Sequence record: PV730299.1
DNA length: 64,000 nucleotides
Strand: one strand, 5' to 3'
Source of the DNA: a phage
Position numbers and translations under genes: made by a program. The first letter of the stretch is position 1; each line of letters starts with the position of its first letter. This document shows positions 9,010 to 19,400 of this stretch, piece by piece. A model generated the notes under the pieces. The model was not told the DNA's origin. It made no database searches and worked only from the letters and a program-made list of their open reading frames with translations.

Positions 9010-11211
9010 TTACTGAATAACAATACTACATTCAAGGTCTGAGATTACACCTGAATTGTTGTATGTCGTAATAGTCCATGATGTTGTTGATGTTTTATTA
9101 ACAACAACATACCTTCCAGTACCAGGCGAAGAAAAAGTGTAGCCTGCACGTGACATGTCAGTAGGGAAGTTGATGACCAAAACACCAACGGATGATTTAG
9201 TCGCGACACAACCCGTGGCAAGAGCAATCGCACCTGAAGAGTTGATATTAACTACGCACGGCGAACTTACCAGCTTAACCACACCAGAGTTGAGAGCATA
9301 TGTATCGTATACTGTGCCGATGCGGTTCATCCCAAGATAGGTCACCGCAGAAGAAGCCAATCCATCCCGGTTACGGAGCACGACAGACACACCAAGACCT
9401 GAGCAGTTAGTCACTTGCTGGTCAGAAACCATACCGGAAGTAGAACTGTATTGTTCAAGCACTGCGTCAACCGTGTTTGAACCGTTATAGCAGTTGAACG
9501 TTACATTTTCCAATCTGTTTCTTCGCACGCTTTTCCCGAAATCAGACCTAACATTACATATACGGTTATATTGTCCCGGTGTATTTATAATGACCATGCC
9601 GCCGCTGATAACGTTATCTAAGCAGTCTGTTAAAGAAATTTGATGGTCAAAGAAACCATAAGCACTTTTATAGTCACCGTTGTTTTGCATGAAGATCTGA
9701 ACATTTTCAAACCTGTTATTACTACATCCCTGAATTGCTAATACATGGTCGTTCCCATTAAAAGACCCATTAGCTACACTCGTGAACTTGCCACCTATAA
9801 CTTTACAGTTAGAGCACCCTCTAGAGAATTTAAGATTGTTATTACCGCCTACGGAGCCGTCAACGTTCCCCAAAACGGATGAATTCATAATACCCTCACA
9901 ATCTATGAATTTAAAATCCGTGGTCGGGAACCCAGTGCCATCTGCTGATGTGGCATGGAAGTTTATTAGTAGCCCGTTTTCTGCATATCCTTCTGACACA
10001 TAGCCACCTTTCACACCTAATATTTCCATGTTACCGCCAGCCCTTGATTGGCCTATAAATCTTGGAAATGTTATTTCAGGGTAAATTGCCCCTATTACTA
10101 CAAAATTGCCGTGGTTAGCTCCTTTGAAGCCTGTTCCGTCGAAGGTACAGCTGTTAGACCTTATTCCTTCCCTGCGTGAAGAGTCAGAGGCACCGTAAGA
10201 AGTATTTCCCATTCTCAATGGAGTTACCGATGTGCTAACGGTGTTGAACTTAATGCCTGAAACTTCCGTATAGTTACCGGTTAACTCAATCGCCCCTTTT
10301 GTGGTATCAAATGCTGAACCTGTCAAAGAGATCACAGCACCACCAATACCTATAATTCTTACACCGTCTGAAGAACTTATGACATTATTAGACAAAGAAA
10401 CTGGGATATCTATGTAGATGGTCTTGAAAGCCAATACTAGAGCGTTCATTAAGGAACTAACATCAGAACCAGAAGAAGTCCACTCTGAAATATAAGTTTC
10501 AATATGTCTGTTGTATTGCCTCAAAAACACAATTTCATCATCAACCACCACATGATCACGAGATAGTGATGAAATTACTCCGTTCACCTTGGGTTGCATC
10601 TCAAACAGTCCGTACTCAGTATTTATGAATGATGTCCCAGCAGGTATTGAGTCGCCAACATGAGCAACTTCAGACATGTTGAATGGATAAACGTTACCAC
10701 CAATCATTCTATTTCTTAAAAAATTAACGTCGCTTCTTACTACTGCATCCCCTACGCTAATCCATGCATAATGGCCTATACCACCAGTACTATCCGGGGT
10801 TGAACTAGCAGGTACAACTTTTGGAAGTTCTCCGCCCCATGAGTATTGCAATCCATTGTGGGTAAGTAACTCATTTCGAGTATTAACAGTAGAACCAGAA
10901 GTGAATGAACCAGGTAGTGTTACATATTCATTTCGCTCTGCTGCTAGTTCACCCAAATCAACAGTACCAGCTGAATGAACCAGGACTGCATGTTCATTGA
11001 GGCTTACAGCAGTAGTTCCTACAGGAAGTACAGGTAATGAGTAAGCACGTTGGGTAGACTTATCATAGATTACTTTGTAACCGCCTAAGTCTACACCTAC
11101 AGAAAAGTAGACTACTTCATTTTGCTTAACACCAAACTTACGGGCAATGGCTTGCTTATTGGTAAGAATACCAGTGGAGCCTTTACCACCTTGTGAGAAC
11201 ATTTCGTTCAT
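9010..11211 (-). CDS. tailspike protein, 733 aa, C-terminal region with beta-helix-like Gly/Asn/Ser-rich repeats
   Basis: N-terminal ~150-aa module (VVYFSVGVDLGGYKVIYDKSTQRAYSLP ... HSAGTVDLGELA ... NTRNELL) shared with three neighbouring genes; AAGAGG RBS. Confidence 0.8.
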   Translation of the reverse strand: MNEMFSQGGKGSTGILTNKQAIARKFGVKQNEVVYFSVGVDLGGYKVIYDKSTQRAYSLPVLPVGTTAVSLNEHAVLVHSAGTVDLGELAAERNEYVTLPGSFTSGSTVNTRNELLTHNGLQYSWGGELPKVVPASSTPDSTGGIGHYAWISVGDAVVRSDVNFLRNRMIGGNVYPFNMSEVAHVGDSIPAGTSFINTEYGLFEMQPKVNGVISSLSRDHVVVDDEIVFLRQYNRHIETYISEWTSSGSDVSSLMNALVLAFKTIYIDIPVSLSNNVISSSDGVRIIGIGGAVISLTGSAFDTTKGAIELTGNYTEVSGIKFNTVSTSVTPLRMGNTSYGASDSSRREGIRSNSCTFDGTGFKGANHGNFVVIGAIYPEITFPRFIGQSRAGGNMEILGVKGGYVSEGYAENGLLINFHATSADGTGFPTTDFKFIDCEGIMNSSVLGNVDGSVGGNNNLKFSRGCSNCKVIGGKFTSVANGSFNGNDHVLAIQGCSNNRFENVQIFMQNNGDYKSAYGFFDHQISLTDCLDNVISGGMVIINTPGQYNRICNVRSDFGKSVRRNRLENVTFNCYNGSNTVDAVLEQYSSTSGMVSDQQVTNCSGLGVSVVLRNRDGLASSAVTYLGMNRIGTVYDTYALNSGVVKLVSSPCVVNINSSGAIALATGCVATKSSVGVLVINFPTDMSRAGYTFSSPGTGRYVVVNKTSTTSWTITTYNNSGVISDLECSIVIQ

Positions 11212-11262
11212 AACGACCTCTTTGTTTTTCTAGTAAAGACCCTCCGAGGAGGGGGATTAATA

Positions 11263-13560
11263 TCACATAGTTAGCACACGTCTAACAATCAGAGAACCAG
11301 TAACGCCAGTAATAGACAGTCCTGTGGCAGTAAACCGACAGGACATATAACCAGTACCATCGCCAATATAGAGAGTTGTAGCATTTGTAACGTAATAGCT
11401 AATCTCATCTCTTGTGAATTTATATGGGGTTACTGGGTTATCCCCACTGGTATGAGTGATGTGGATTACCAACTCATTACAGTTTGCAATACCGGAAACT
11501 GTTATTGTAGAGGGTGCTGTTGCAACAGTAGTCCCCTCATAAGCAAGTGCTACTGGTTTAACACCACGTAAAAACTTAGGAGCACTCTGCACAGACCCGT
11601 AGATACCAACGTATGATACAGCACATACCTGCGACGGAGTTAAACCAGAACTGGCTTCTGTAGTTACCACATTAATTCGGTAAGCATTTATACGAGTAAT
11701 TTTACATACACCAAACCCAATGCCCGTATCGGCAAGTAATGCTGCTTCGTTGCTTATGGAGAAGGTTACATCAGAGTTATCAGGCATTGCTGCTGCAATT
11801 GTAGCTAGAGCAGAACCAGCAACCAACGATGCTGTATTAATGCCAAGCTCATCAAGAGAGTAGTAGCTAACCCAAAGGTTTTTTGGTACAGCACGTATTG
11901 CACTCCCCTCAGAATCTTCAGTAAAGATTACGGCATTAGTTGCAGAAGAACTACCGATATACTGTAAGAAAGACAGCTTACCTTCAAACCAAGACACTGC
12001 TTGTGGTTCATGTGAAGTAACTGTAATACCTCCAGCCAAAACGCCCATAGAGTTCCTACGGAACATTGCTCGCTCTATAACTTGACCAGTTAAGGAAACT
12101 TTAAAACAAGCCCAGTAATCATTCCATGTACCAGTAGAGGCAGCAGACCAAGAATTACCACAGGTAACGTACAAAAAACTTCCATCTGTAGTAATACCTT
12201 GTGGATACCCTGGCTTAACTAACTTACGGTCAATAGAGTTATCAGAGATAAAACCAGCGGTACGGCTAAGTACAGCAATACGAGTAATATTAGCTGTTGT
12301 ACCATCAGCATCCTGCAACTGGTAAATCAAATCTGTTTTACTGTCATAGCAGAAAGGAAAATCTTTCATAAAGCCAATACAGGCTACTTGGGAAGAAGTG
12401 CCTGCTGTGAAGTTAATTACAGTAATAGAACTGTTAGTAGCTCCCCCAATAAATACTTCACCAGACGAAAGAATACCAATACCTTGGCCGTGTGTACCAA
12501 ACGTACCTGGGAATGTTTCTTTGGCATTGGTAACTTTATTAATGCGGCTTAGGGTACAAGTGTAAGCACCACCAGAAGAAGTATCTTCTGTAATGTACCA
12601 ATAAGTGGCATCCTGGGCTAATCCTTGTGGATTAACTGATGCTACCATTACCTGGGAATAGTCTGGGGAATACTTAACAGGTATTGGTTTATAGATACTA
12701 TTCTTTAGAATCACTGATGTTTCTTCTAGTGTACCCAGCTCTTCTTGAACAGTCTTACCAGACTCAGTTCCAATAGTGGAAGCCCCTACATTTAAAGTGA
12801 GATTATCTTTAAACTCTTCTACAGAGCCTGGGACCGGTAAAAGGTCTACAATCACTGAACCGGGATTATAAGTCAGCTTACCATTGGCAACAGAATGGAT
12901 ATATACGTTAGAGGGTAATGTTGGTAATCCATATGCCTTCTGCTCACTAACAGAGTAAACAACCTTCTTACCATTGAGGTATTGAGTAGTATTAGAACTA
13001 AGGATTACTTCACTATCTTTAACGTTAGCAGTACGAGCGATTTCTTGAATACTTCGGTCAAACAACGGACTGATATTCGGTTGTTTAACAGACATTTCAG
13101 CGACTACCCAAACGCCTGCAGTCAGCGCAGTTTGTAAAGACACTTTCCCTGTCGTGCTGTCATAGGAATATTCAATTTCGGGTGTTTTGTACTCACCACC
13201 GATATAAAGAGATTGGACTCCATAAGATGTGTAATCAGGAGTGAACTCGGTTTCACCTCCTATAGCCTGAAACTTATAGATTCGAATCCCAGTTTTATAA
13301 TCTTCTGGAGACAGAATCTTATCAAACAGACAGAACACAACGTCACCTTTGGATAATGCGCGCCCGAGATTCAACGTATTTCCATCGATTTCGAAGTTGT
13401 CTAACGGAACTTGCACACCACCGTTGATTGTGACTATACCAGTGACAGGGTAGAAAGGGAGGGAGATAAACTTCTCTCCGCCCGTTGCTGTGTAAGTGTA
13501 TGGAATCTGGTGCGGAGCTGTTACGACCGCTCCAAAGATGCTCTCGACGTTTCTGGTCAT
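11263..13560 (-). CDS. tailspike protein, about 765 aa, N-terminal extension before the shared anchor module and a distinct C-terminal domain
   Basis: Shared module present internally; start set to ATG 13560 (ORF track 13575) to leave a normal leader after the CTAAATACCCC motif at 13597-13603. Confidence 0.75.
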   Translation of the reverse strand: MTRNVESIFGAVVTAPHQIPYTYTATGGEKFISLPFYPVTGIVTINGGVQVPLDNFEIDGNTLNLGRALSKGDVVFCLFDKILSPEDYKTGIRIYKFQAIGGETEFTPDYTSYGVQSLYIGGEYKTPEIEYSYDSTTGKVSLQTALTAGVWVVAEMSVKQPNISPLFDRSIQEIARTANVKDSEVILSSNTTQYLNGKKVVYSVSEQKAYGLPTLPSNVYIHSVANGKLTYNPGSVIVDLLPVPGSVEEFKDNLTLNVGASTIGTESGKTVQEELGTLEETSVILKNSIYKPIPVKYSPDYSQVMVASVNPQGLAQDATYWYITEDTSSGGAYTCTLSRINKVTNAKETFPGTFGTHGQGIGILSSGEVFIGGATNSSITVINFTAGTSSQVACIGFMKDFPFCYDSKTDLIYQLQDADGTTANITRIAVLSRTAGFISDNSIDRKLVKPGYPQGITTDGSFLYVTCGNSWSAASTGTWNDYWACFKVSLTGQVIERAMFRRNSMGVLAGGITVTSHEPQAVSWFEGKLSFLQYIGSSSATNAVIFTEDSEGSAIRAVPKNLWVSYYSLDELGINTASLVAGSALATIAAAMPDNSDVTFSISNEAALLADTGIGFGVCKITRINAYRINVVTTEASSGLTPSQVCAVSYVGIYGSVQSAPKFLRGVKPVALAYEGTTVATAPSTITVSGIANCNELVIHITHTSGDNPVTPYKFTRDEISYYVTNATTLYIGDGTGYMSCRFTATGLSITGVTGSLIVRRVLTM

Positions 13561-13596
13561 TTGAAGATACCCCATAGAGGATTTGCCAATATGGGG

Positions 13597-13603
13597 TATT
13601 TAG
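13597..13603 (-). promoter_or_regulatory. late-promoter-like motif CTAAATACCCC with inverted partner
   Basis: Upstream of ATG 13560; TACCCCATA / TATGGGGTA inverted repeat. Confidence 0.5.
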
Positions 13604-13863
13604 TCTGAACTAATAAAATTTATGAACAAAGGTATAACAAGACGAACCAATGGAACTATGGTAGTGGGTTCAGACGCTAGTGCAAAACGGACATTGCTAA
13701 CAGAGATAACGTATTAACCACACACTTGGTTCACATGGTAGATGGTATTCAGTTAGGTATGTTTATATATCCGGACAAGTAATCACCTTAACGACAGTGT
13801 CAGTTAGGGTGATGCAAACAGTGAACTCTATATAAGAAAAGCCCCCGAATTGGGGGCTTATTT
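13604..13863. repeat. inter-tailspike repeat segment, copy 2 (frameshifted)
   Basis: Same block with indels breaking the copy-1 frame; shares GGTATTTAG-CTGAACTAATAAA-TTTATGAACAAAGGTATAACAAGA with copy 3. Confidence 0.7.
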
Positions 13864-13866
13864 TTA
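13840..13866 (-). terminator. rho-independent terminator after the 768-aa tailspike gene
   Basis: Stem AGCCCCC/GGGGGCT, loop GAATT, T-run. Confidence 0.65.
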
Positions 13867-16170
13867 TACCACAGGTACTCCATTAACTCTAAATTCTTCT
13901 GTGCCGTTACTTGTACCGACGCCGCCGTTGGAAAACCGGTTTGGCGTAGCGGCATCGTAGTAGTTAGGTTCTACCTTGGCTACGCTGGTGCCGGTTGTCC
14001 TTGCGAAACGGTGCGCGTTAATGCAGCCGAAGAACTGGTTATTTCCCCACGGGAATATTGTTGTGGTATCCACATAGGTGTTGTACCACAACCCGTATGC
14101 AAAACCATAAATTTGATTCCCTCTTATATTTATGTTTTGCCCGTTTTGGTTTACCCGAATAGCGCAGTTTGATGTTGAGTCCGTAGAAGTACCATGGATT
14201 TCGTTGTTTTTAATATTTGCGCGAATTACGCCGCTAGACACAAATATTCCGTAACCGTCAGTCACGCGCTCAATACGACATCCGTCAATAGTATGCAACC
14301 GGAATAGTGTTGCGCCGCCTTTTGGCTCAAGAAAAATTCCAGCGCCAGTAGGTTCTATGCTTCTGTGCCCAATAACCATTACGTTAACCGATTCTGTCGC
14401 TATATGCACACCGTAGCCCGCGGAACCCTTATCAACACAGTTAGCTATTGTCAGCTTACCTGTACCTACAGAATCCTGAATTTTATACGCACCGTTATTA
14501 GCGTTGGCGAACCCTTCCACATAACAGTTGTTGATCATGTCTCCGTCCACTACGTCACCAAACAGAATACCAGCACCGATGTTGTCTTGATTTATACCAA
14601 AACCGCAATCGTACACGGAAACATTAGAGACTGTTGCTGGTTGGTATCGAACAGCTCCATCCAGGCCGCCGGACCGATATAAGCCCGTCCACCCTTTATC
14701 ACGGATGATAACATTGCTGACTTTTATGCCACCGCCGTATGTCTGATTGGAGTTGTAACCTATCGTAATTCCGTGACGAGCTTTAATATCTGAACGAGTC
14801 TTTGGCGTAAAATCTGTGGCGTCATACGTGAAACAGCGCCCATTGCTAATTAATATGTTTCTCCCAAAAGATAGAGAGTTTACGGAAATGCTCTGGCTGC
14901 CGTCAGAAAGACACGCAAAATTAGTTATACTGCATGATTTCGCCAACCCGGCGTTAGAAGTCCACTCAACCAAATCACCGCCAGAGGAGAATAGCGGGGA
15001 GCCGTCCCAATCATTTCGCCACCCAACAAAACCATCTATGGTCATGCTGTTGACTTCGAACCACATGACACCAGCGTTTTTCCATCCCTCACAACGGATA
15101 TCATTTAACGTAACTTCACGGCTACCTGCGATGTAAAAACCGTTTGCTTTATTTCTGTCCGTGGCTGTTAGCGAATAATCACCAAACGATTCCAGCCCTT
15201 CGATAATTATTCTGCGGGATGTGTCTTGTGGGAGTTCCACACCGTTTACGTTAGCTACAGTAGTCATCAGCCGCATTCCTTTAGCATCAATGTATTGTGG
15301 ATACGCTGGCGGTGATGGAATTAAGGCAGTTGTTTTATAAAAGACACCAACGGAACCGATACAGTGCTGCTGAGATGCCCATCTGTTAAGTGCCACGCCA
15401 TTATCAAATGATGGGTCATTAGGTATGCATCCACACTCTTCTGGTGTTAACCTGCCACGTTTAATGTTAATCCATCGACCAGCGCCAGTTACTGACGAAG
15501 GTTGAATAACCGAGAACCCATCATCGGCGGTTGTCGCAAGTGGGTGCCACTGAAAAATCCCACCGCCTACGTTATACCCAGCCAGGAAACTACGGACTAC
15601 CACTCTGTCTCCGTCAGAAAAAGGGGATAAATCGACTAAGGCTTTTAATGCCGCCACTGAAGGGAATGACCCTATTAGCGCTGCGCCTTGCTCAGATTTA
15701 AGGTCGTCGCGTAAATACGGGTCTGTCTGTGGTTTCCAATTAGCGTTTCCTACCGGGTCGGTTTCTGTAGAAATAGTTATGGGGAGGGAACCTAAGTAGG
15801 TGTAACCTATACCATTATGAAACAGTAACTCATTTCGAGTATTCACGACTAAACCGGCATCAAACGAGTCGGATAGGTTCACGAATTCTCTACGTGTAGC
15901 AGCCAGTTCACCTAAATCAACTGTGCCTGCGGAATGAACCAGGATTGCCTGTTCGTTCAGACTTATCGCAGTCGTTCCTGAAACAATACCTGAAGGAAGA
16001 GAATAAGCCCGTTGGGTAGACTCATCATAAATTACTTTAAATCCACTGAGATCAATATCAGAAGAGAAATAAACGACTTCGTCTTCTTTGACACCGAAAT
16101 TTCGAGCGATAGATTGTTTGTTAACTTCTATGGAAGTGGAGCCACGTGGTTGATTGAATTGAGAAATCAT
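13864..16170 (-). CDS. tailspike protein, 768 aa, beta-helix-like C-terminal domain
   Basis: N-terminal module highly similar to the 733-aa paralogue; CTAAATACCCC motif 30 nt upstream; hairpin terminator downstream. Confidence 0.8.
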   Translation of the reverse strand: MISQFNQPRGSTSIEVNKQSIARNFGVKEDEVVYFSSDIDLSGFKVIYDESTQRAYSLPSGIVSGTTAISLNEQAILVHSAGTVDLGELAATRREFVNLSDSFDAGLVVNTRNELLFHNGIGYTYLGSLPITISTETDPVGNANWKPQTDPYLRDDLKSEQGAALIGSFPSVAALKALVDLSPFSDGDRVVVRSFLAGYNVGGGIFQWHPLATTADDGFSVIQPSSVTGAGRWINIKRGRLTPEECGCIPNDPSFDNGVALNRWASQQHCIGSVGVFYKTTALIPSPPAYPQYIDAKGMRLMTTVANVNGVELPQDTSRRIIIEGLESFGDYSLTATDRNKANGFYIAGSREVTLNDIRCEGWKNAGVMWFEVNSMTIDGFVGWRNDWDGSPLFSSGGDLVEWTSNAGLAKSCSITNFACLSDGSQSISVNSLSFGRNILISNGRCFTYDATDFTPKTRSDIKARHGITIGYNSNQTYGGGIKVSNVIIRDKGWTGLYRSGGLDGAVRYQPATVSNVSVYDCGFGINQDNIGAGILFGDVVDGDMINNCYVEGFANANNGAYKIQDSVGTGKLTIANCVDKGSAGYGVHIATESVNVMVIGHRSIEPTGAGIFLEPKGGATLFRLHTIDGCRIERVTDGYGIFVSSGVIRANIKNNEIHGTSTDSTSNCAIRVNQNGQNINIRGNQIYGFAYGLWYNTYVDTTTIFPWGNNQFFGCINAHRFARTTGTSVAKVEPNYYDAATPNRFSNGGVGTSNGTEEFRVNGVPVV

Positions 16171-16203
16171 GATAATACCCCATAAAGGATGACCAATATG
16201 GGG

Positions 16204-16210
16204 TATTTAG
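16204..16210 (-). promoter_or_regulatory. late-promoter-like motif CTAAATACCCC with inverted partner
   Basis: 30 nt upstream of ATG 16170. Confidence 0.5.
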
Positions 16211-16466
16211 GCTGAACTAATAAATTTATGAACAAAGGTATAACAAGAACCCTGCCGAAGAGGGGGTTTGATTTTACTCTCCAAAATCACGATTACATGT
16301 GTAACCCCTAACAATTGTTGTGGATGGTATTCAGTTGGGTATGTTTAATATCTCAGGGCAAGTAATCACCATAACAGCAGTGTTAGTTAAGGTAATGCAA
16401 ACAGTAAACTCTATATAAAAAGTATCATTAGTAGGTAAAACTAACCCCGCCTGAGCGGGGTTGTTT
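16211..16466. repeat. inter-tailspike repeat segment, copy 3 (5' and 3' parts only)
   Basis: 3' part 16318-16430 could encode DGIQLGMFNISGQVITITAVLVKVMQTVNSI, matching the copy-1 C-terminus. Confidence 0.65.
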
Positions 16467-16468
16467 TT
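16443..16468 (-). terminator. rho-independent terminator after the 1047-aa tailspike gene
   Basis: Stem AACCCCGC/GCGGGGTT, loop CTGA, T-run overlapping stop codon. Confidence 0.65.
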
Positions 16469-19400
16469 ACATTGCGCTACCGTCTGCGTACTTCCATGCC
16501 TGAGCGTAAGCATCAAAGAAAGCAGGTTTCTTAGTATCAGTGTTATATATAACATGTCCATAACCGAGTAATGCCTTGTTCACCGCGTTTATTTGCGAAG
16601 TTGTTCCTGCTTTAATAATGCCTACATATCCTGCTGACTGGAGAACCCAGTTAGAGCCAGTCCAAGTAATCATTGTAGCTGAATCTGTTTGGTAGAATTT
16701 AAGACCTTCACGAAGTCTAGTGGGTCTGCCAGTAGATAAACCAACTACTGGATACCCATCTTCATCTTCCCACAATCCAGCTCCTGCACATCTTATGAAT
16801 TTAAGAAAGCTAGGGTCGTAGTATGAGAACCCTACAATTGCGGTAGCCGTGTAATCCTTCCACACCGCCGTGTTATCAAGACCCCGTACTTTTACATTCT
16901 GGACAGTAGCGCCGGATGCATTCAGTGGGTTCTGAGTGTTAACAGCATTACGACATGATATATCAATGTATGTGTATGTTGGAGCCATTTCACGAGTAAT
17001 GTTCTGGAACCCCTGATAATAGCAAGATTCTGACCTAAAACTTTCAGTTCGTATGCGGTCTGTTTTTGGATAGTAAACAGCTAACGCATTCACCGTCGCA
17101 AATGCCTCGTTTACATACGAACTTCCAACATCACTAACCCTATACGTGTTACGCCACTCTGCACCATTACTTATCCCTGCAACTGCCTCACGCATACGGA
17201 AATGGTTGTCAGCCATTTGTAATTCATCAACGTACCATGTTGCGTCTGGGTCCGCTGAGGCTTCATTTTGACCCGCAATAATAATACCTCTTGCATAAGT
17301 ACGTGCGCGGTTGTTATCAATACGGATATTTTCTATACTTTGGGATTTATGCAGCGTAACAAGACAGAATCCATATCCACCACGTAATGTGTTATGATGA
17401 AGATGTACTCGGTTTGTACCAATGAATTTAAAGCAAATTTCAACTGAAGTTTCAGCTGTTTCTGTGGTGTAGTCACGCATCACTGCCGTGTTGTTGTAGA
17501 CGAAAGCCTGACGTGTGGCACCCGTCCCGTCAGCTTGACTAGAACAATAAACCGCATGTCGATCAAGCGGAGCCCCTGAAACACCAAAGATACAACTGTC
17601 AACTGACACCAACTCACAATCAATTGGCACAGTGCCGTAACCGTATACACCCGCACTCCAGTCTTGAGACGCAAGTTGCTGGAAAACATTGTAATACTTA
17701 ACCCCATAACAAATATGAAGCTGGGCGGTAACTGTGTTTACACATGCGCTGATATTCCTCATCTCTGAGCTTTCATAATGTGCGTAAACGTTATTTACCG
17801 TAATCCCTACAACAGCCCGACCTACACCGCGAACTTTACCACCGTCTATCTTGACTTTAGTGGTTACACTTTCCACTCCCGTTCCGTCAAAAGTAAGAAT
17901 TTGATAATACGTGTTGGTATCCGTTGGAGTGAAGTTAATCCATCCGTCTGGGGTGGAGATTATTTTAATATCCTTTCCATTTAGAGATTTTCTAATTGGT
18001 GTTGTTATATTTTGCACACTATCAATAAGAACATCCGCATCGTTAGCAAGTGCGGTCTCTATAGCTGCCAGTAAAGATCCTGCTTCCGATGTCTTGACAA
18101 GCCCCCTTACTCCACCTATCAGAGAAAATCCATTATTTTTTAATAAATTACTACGCAAAGATGTGTCACCAACACTAACCCAAGCACCTAAATCAACGCC
18201 ACCAGAATTTTCTGGAGTTGAGCCAGCAGAAACTTCTTTAGGTAACACCCCATCCCAGCGATACTTACCATCAGCAAAGACAACCAGTTCGTTCTTAGTA
18301 TTAACAGTTACACCTGTTTCAAATGTCCCGGACAATGTGACGTACTCTTCACGAGATACAGCCAATTCCCCGAGATCTACAGAACCCGCTGAATGCACAA
18401 GTACAGCGGAAGGACTAAGACTGACAGCAGTAGTACCAGGGACAATATCAGCAGGCAAGGGATAAGCCCTTTGCGTCTCCTTGTCATAAATAACTTTATA
18501 CCCACTTAACGCAGCACCAACACTAAAATAAACGACCTCTGTATCTTTAACATTGGCTACACGAGCCACTTCCCGCAAAGTATAATCAATTTGATTATAG
18601 ATGTTTGGTGTTCCATTGATAATTACAACAACTTCATCTTCTGGTTCCAGTTCTTGTGCAAGAGAGATTTTACTGGTTAATGGATCGAATGTGAATCCCA
18701 GATTTTTATACTGGCGACTTCCGTTTATATCAATGGCCGGAACATCATCAACAACGACGTCCAACGTGATTTCGGTTTCACCGCCAATCGCTGAACCCCC
18801 ATTATAGACCCAGGTAATCGTAGAAGAACCAGAACCACCGACATTACCCAATTGAATAGGAGTATATTCAATCACCTGAAGTTCTGTGTTGGCTGGCAAA
18901 GAAGGACTGAAAGTGATTACATTCCCATCTAGTGAATATTTGGATTCCGCAAGACGTTTTCCGTCAGCATACACGTCCACAATTGTTGGTGGAGTATTGA
19001 GATTGACAGTACTTGTTTCAGACGCCAAAATTTTTGTAAAGATTTCACGACTGTAGACACGACCTTGGCCAAGACCGACGCCGGATGTAATAATCCAACC
19101 TTGTTCAGGTCCTGACCAAGTGAACGTTGCTGATACGTTATCAGTTGTTATAGCCATGTCTTCAGTGGAGCCATACAAATTATTCCCAGAAGGAGACACG
19201 GTCAATGGGTAAGTGGCAAATTTCCCATAAGCGTCACAAATAGTAACAGAATCCCCAACGCGCGTAGGGGAAGGGAGAACCACTGTAGATACCCCTGTGG
19301 TATTATTAATGAGATAGCCTCGCCCTCCAGTGAGCGTTGCCGTAGAGGCATGCGGAAGGACTTCCCAGCGGATACCACCGCCACCCAGCGGCAACCATCC

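Noticed and set aside
17911-18465. 184-aa plus-strand ORF
   Set aside because: Antisense shadow ORF inside the 1047-aa tailspike gene
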